NCBI GenBank assembly: GCA_963829525.1 | Contig: CAWHIJ010000003.1 | Coordinates: 416,001-480,000, forward strand | DNA: 64,000 nt | Source of the DNA: an uncultured Actinomycetota bacterium | Lineage (GTDB): Bacteria; Actinomycetota; Actinomycetes; JAHEKZ01 | Direction: 5' to 3' | In this document: positions 63,022-64,000 of the stretch, one piece after another | How positions within the stretch are numbered: position 1 is the first letter of the stretch | Layout: every line of letters begins with the position of its first letter | The notes under the pieces: generated by a model | Databases searched by the model: none | Told to the model about the DNA's origin: nothing | Seen by the model: only the letters and a program-made list of their open reading frames with translations | Made by a program: the position numbers and the translations under genes

Positions 63022-64000
63022 GTGTCGACCGCCCTTTACCGCCGCTACCGCCCCGAGCGGTTCGCTGACCTGATCGGGCAGGAGCACGTCACCGGGCCCC
63101 TCATGCAGGCGCTGGCGCACGACCGCGTCACACACGCCTACTTGTTCTCCGGTCCACGCGGCTGCGGCAAGACCACCTCTGCCCGGATCCTTGCGCGCTG
63201 CCTCAACTGTGAGCAAGGTCCCACTGCTGAACCGTGTGGGGAGTGCCAGAGCTGTCGTGACCTCGCGCGCGGTGGCCCCGGAAACATCGACGTCATCGAG
63301 ATCGACGCGGCCAGCCACGGTGGCGTCGACGACGCTCGCGAGCTGCGCGACCGGGCCTTCTTCGCGCCGGCGTCGTCGCGCTACAAGATCTACATCATCG
63401 ACGAGGCGCACATGGTCTCGACCCAGGGCTTCAACGCCCTGCTCAAGGTGGTCGAGGAACCACCGCCCCACGTGAAGTTCGTCTTCGCCACCACCGAACC
63501 CGAGAAGGTCATCGGGACGATCAGGTCGCGGACGCACCACTACCCGTTCCGTCTCGTTCCGTCGCGCATCCTCGAGGACTACCTGGCCACGGTCTGTGAG
63601 TCTGAGGGCATCACCGTCGAGCCGGGTGTGCTCGCGGCCGTGGTCCGCGCCGGAGCTGGCTCGGTGCGTGACTCGTTGAGCGTCCTCGACCAGCTCATCG
63701 GAGGGGCAGAGGCCCAGCATCTTTCCTACGAGCGCACCGTCCAGCTGCTCGGCTTCACGCCGGCAGCTCTGCTCGACGAGATCGTCGACGCCATCGCCAG
63801 CAGCGATGGCGCGGCTCTCTTCGGTGTCATCGACTCGGTCATCGATGCCGGGCTCGATCCAGAGCGCTTCATGAAAGATCTACTCGAGCGATTCCGCGAC
63901 CTGGTGATCATCGCTGCGGTCGAGGACGCCTTCGAGCGGCGCCTTGTGGGCGGATCGGACGACCAGCGGTCGCGGCTTCAGTCGCAGGCTGACCGGATCG
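63022..64000 (+). CDS. dnaX: DNA polymerase III subunit gamma/tau (3'-truncated by the window)
   Basis: Read directly (absent from the ORF track): ALYRRYRP..F..LIGQEHV, HAYLFSGPRGCGKTTSARILARCLNC, EIDAASHGGVDD, IIDEAHM. Confidence 0.96.
   Translation, partial: MSTALYRRYRPERFADLIGQEHVTGPLMQALAHDRVTHAYLFSGPRGCGKTTSARILARCLNCEQGPTAEPCGECQSCRDLARGGPGNIDVIEIDAASHGGVDDARELRDRAFFAPASSRYKIYIIDEAHMVSTQGFNALLKVVEEPPPHVKFVFATTEPEKVIGTIRSRTHHYPFRLVPSRILEDYLATVCESEGITVEPGVLAAVVRAGAGSVRDSLSVLDQLIGGAEAQHLSYERTVQLLGFTPAALLDEIVDAIASSDGAALFGVIDSVIDAGLDPERFMKDLLERFRDLVIIAAVEDAFERRLVGGSDDQRSRLQSQADRI

Overview
High-GC actinobacterial chromosome segment, probably from a long-read or metagenomic assembly: five otherwise conserved genes carry six 1-2 nt indels. 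From left to right: an S9 peptidase; a DeoR-controlled sugar operon (ABC importer, SIS deaminase/isomerase, GH4 glycosidase, PfkB kinase, GatZ/KbaZ) that looks like a PTS-free galactosamine/alpha-galactoside to tagatose-6-P to fructose-6-P route; small accessory genes, including alkB behind a perfect LexA box and NrtR with its own box; two type II TA pairs flanked by gene remnants; a LiuR-type leucine/acyl-CoA cluster; a SigB/SigF-type stress operon of uncharacterised proteins; large LuxR-AAA and PAS-LuxR regulators; a galactofuranan locus (glfT1-glf-glfT2) embedded among three sulfotransferase-like genes and a phosphodiester glycosidase; a non-pyrrolysine MttB; rocD and pntAB; and the core tadA, tRNA-Ser (x2), ffs, dnaX region. 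The best candidates for undescribed biology are the putative sulfated galactofuranan system, the GH4/SIS/GatZ amino-sugar pathway, and a shared activator box found at fixed spacing before three promoters. No CRISPR array, integrase, transposase or prophage was seen. All family assignments come from motif recognition by eye, not from database searches.
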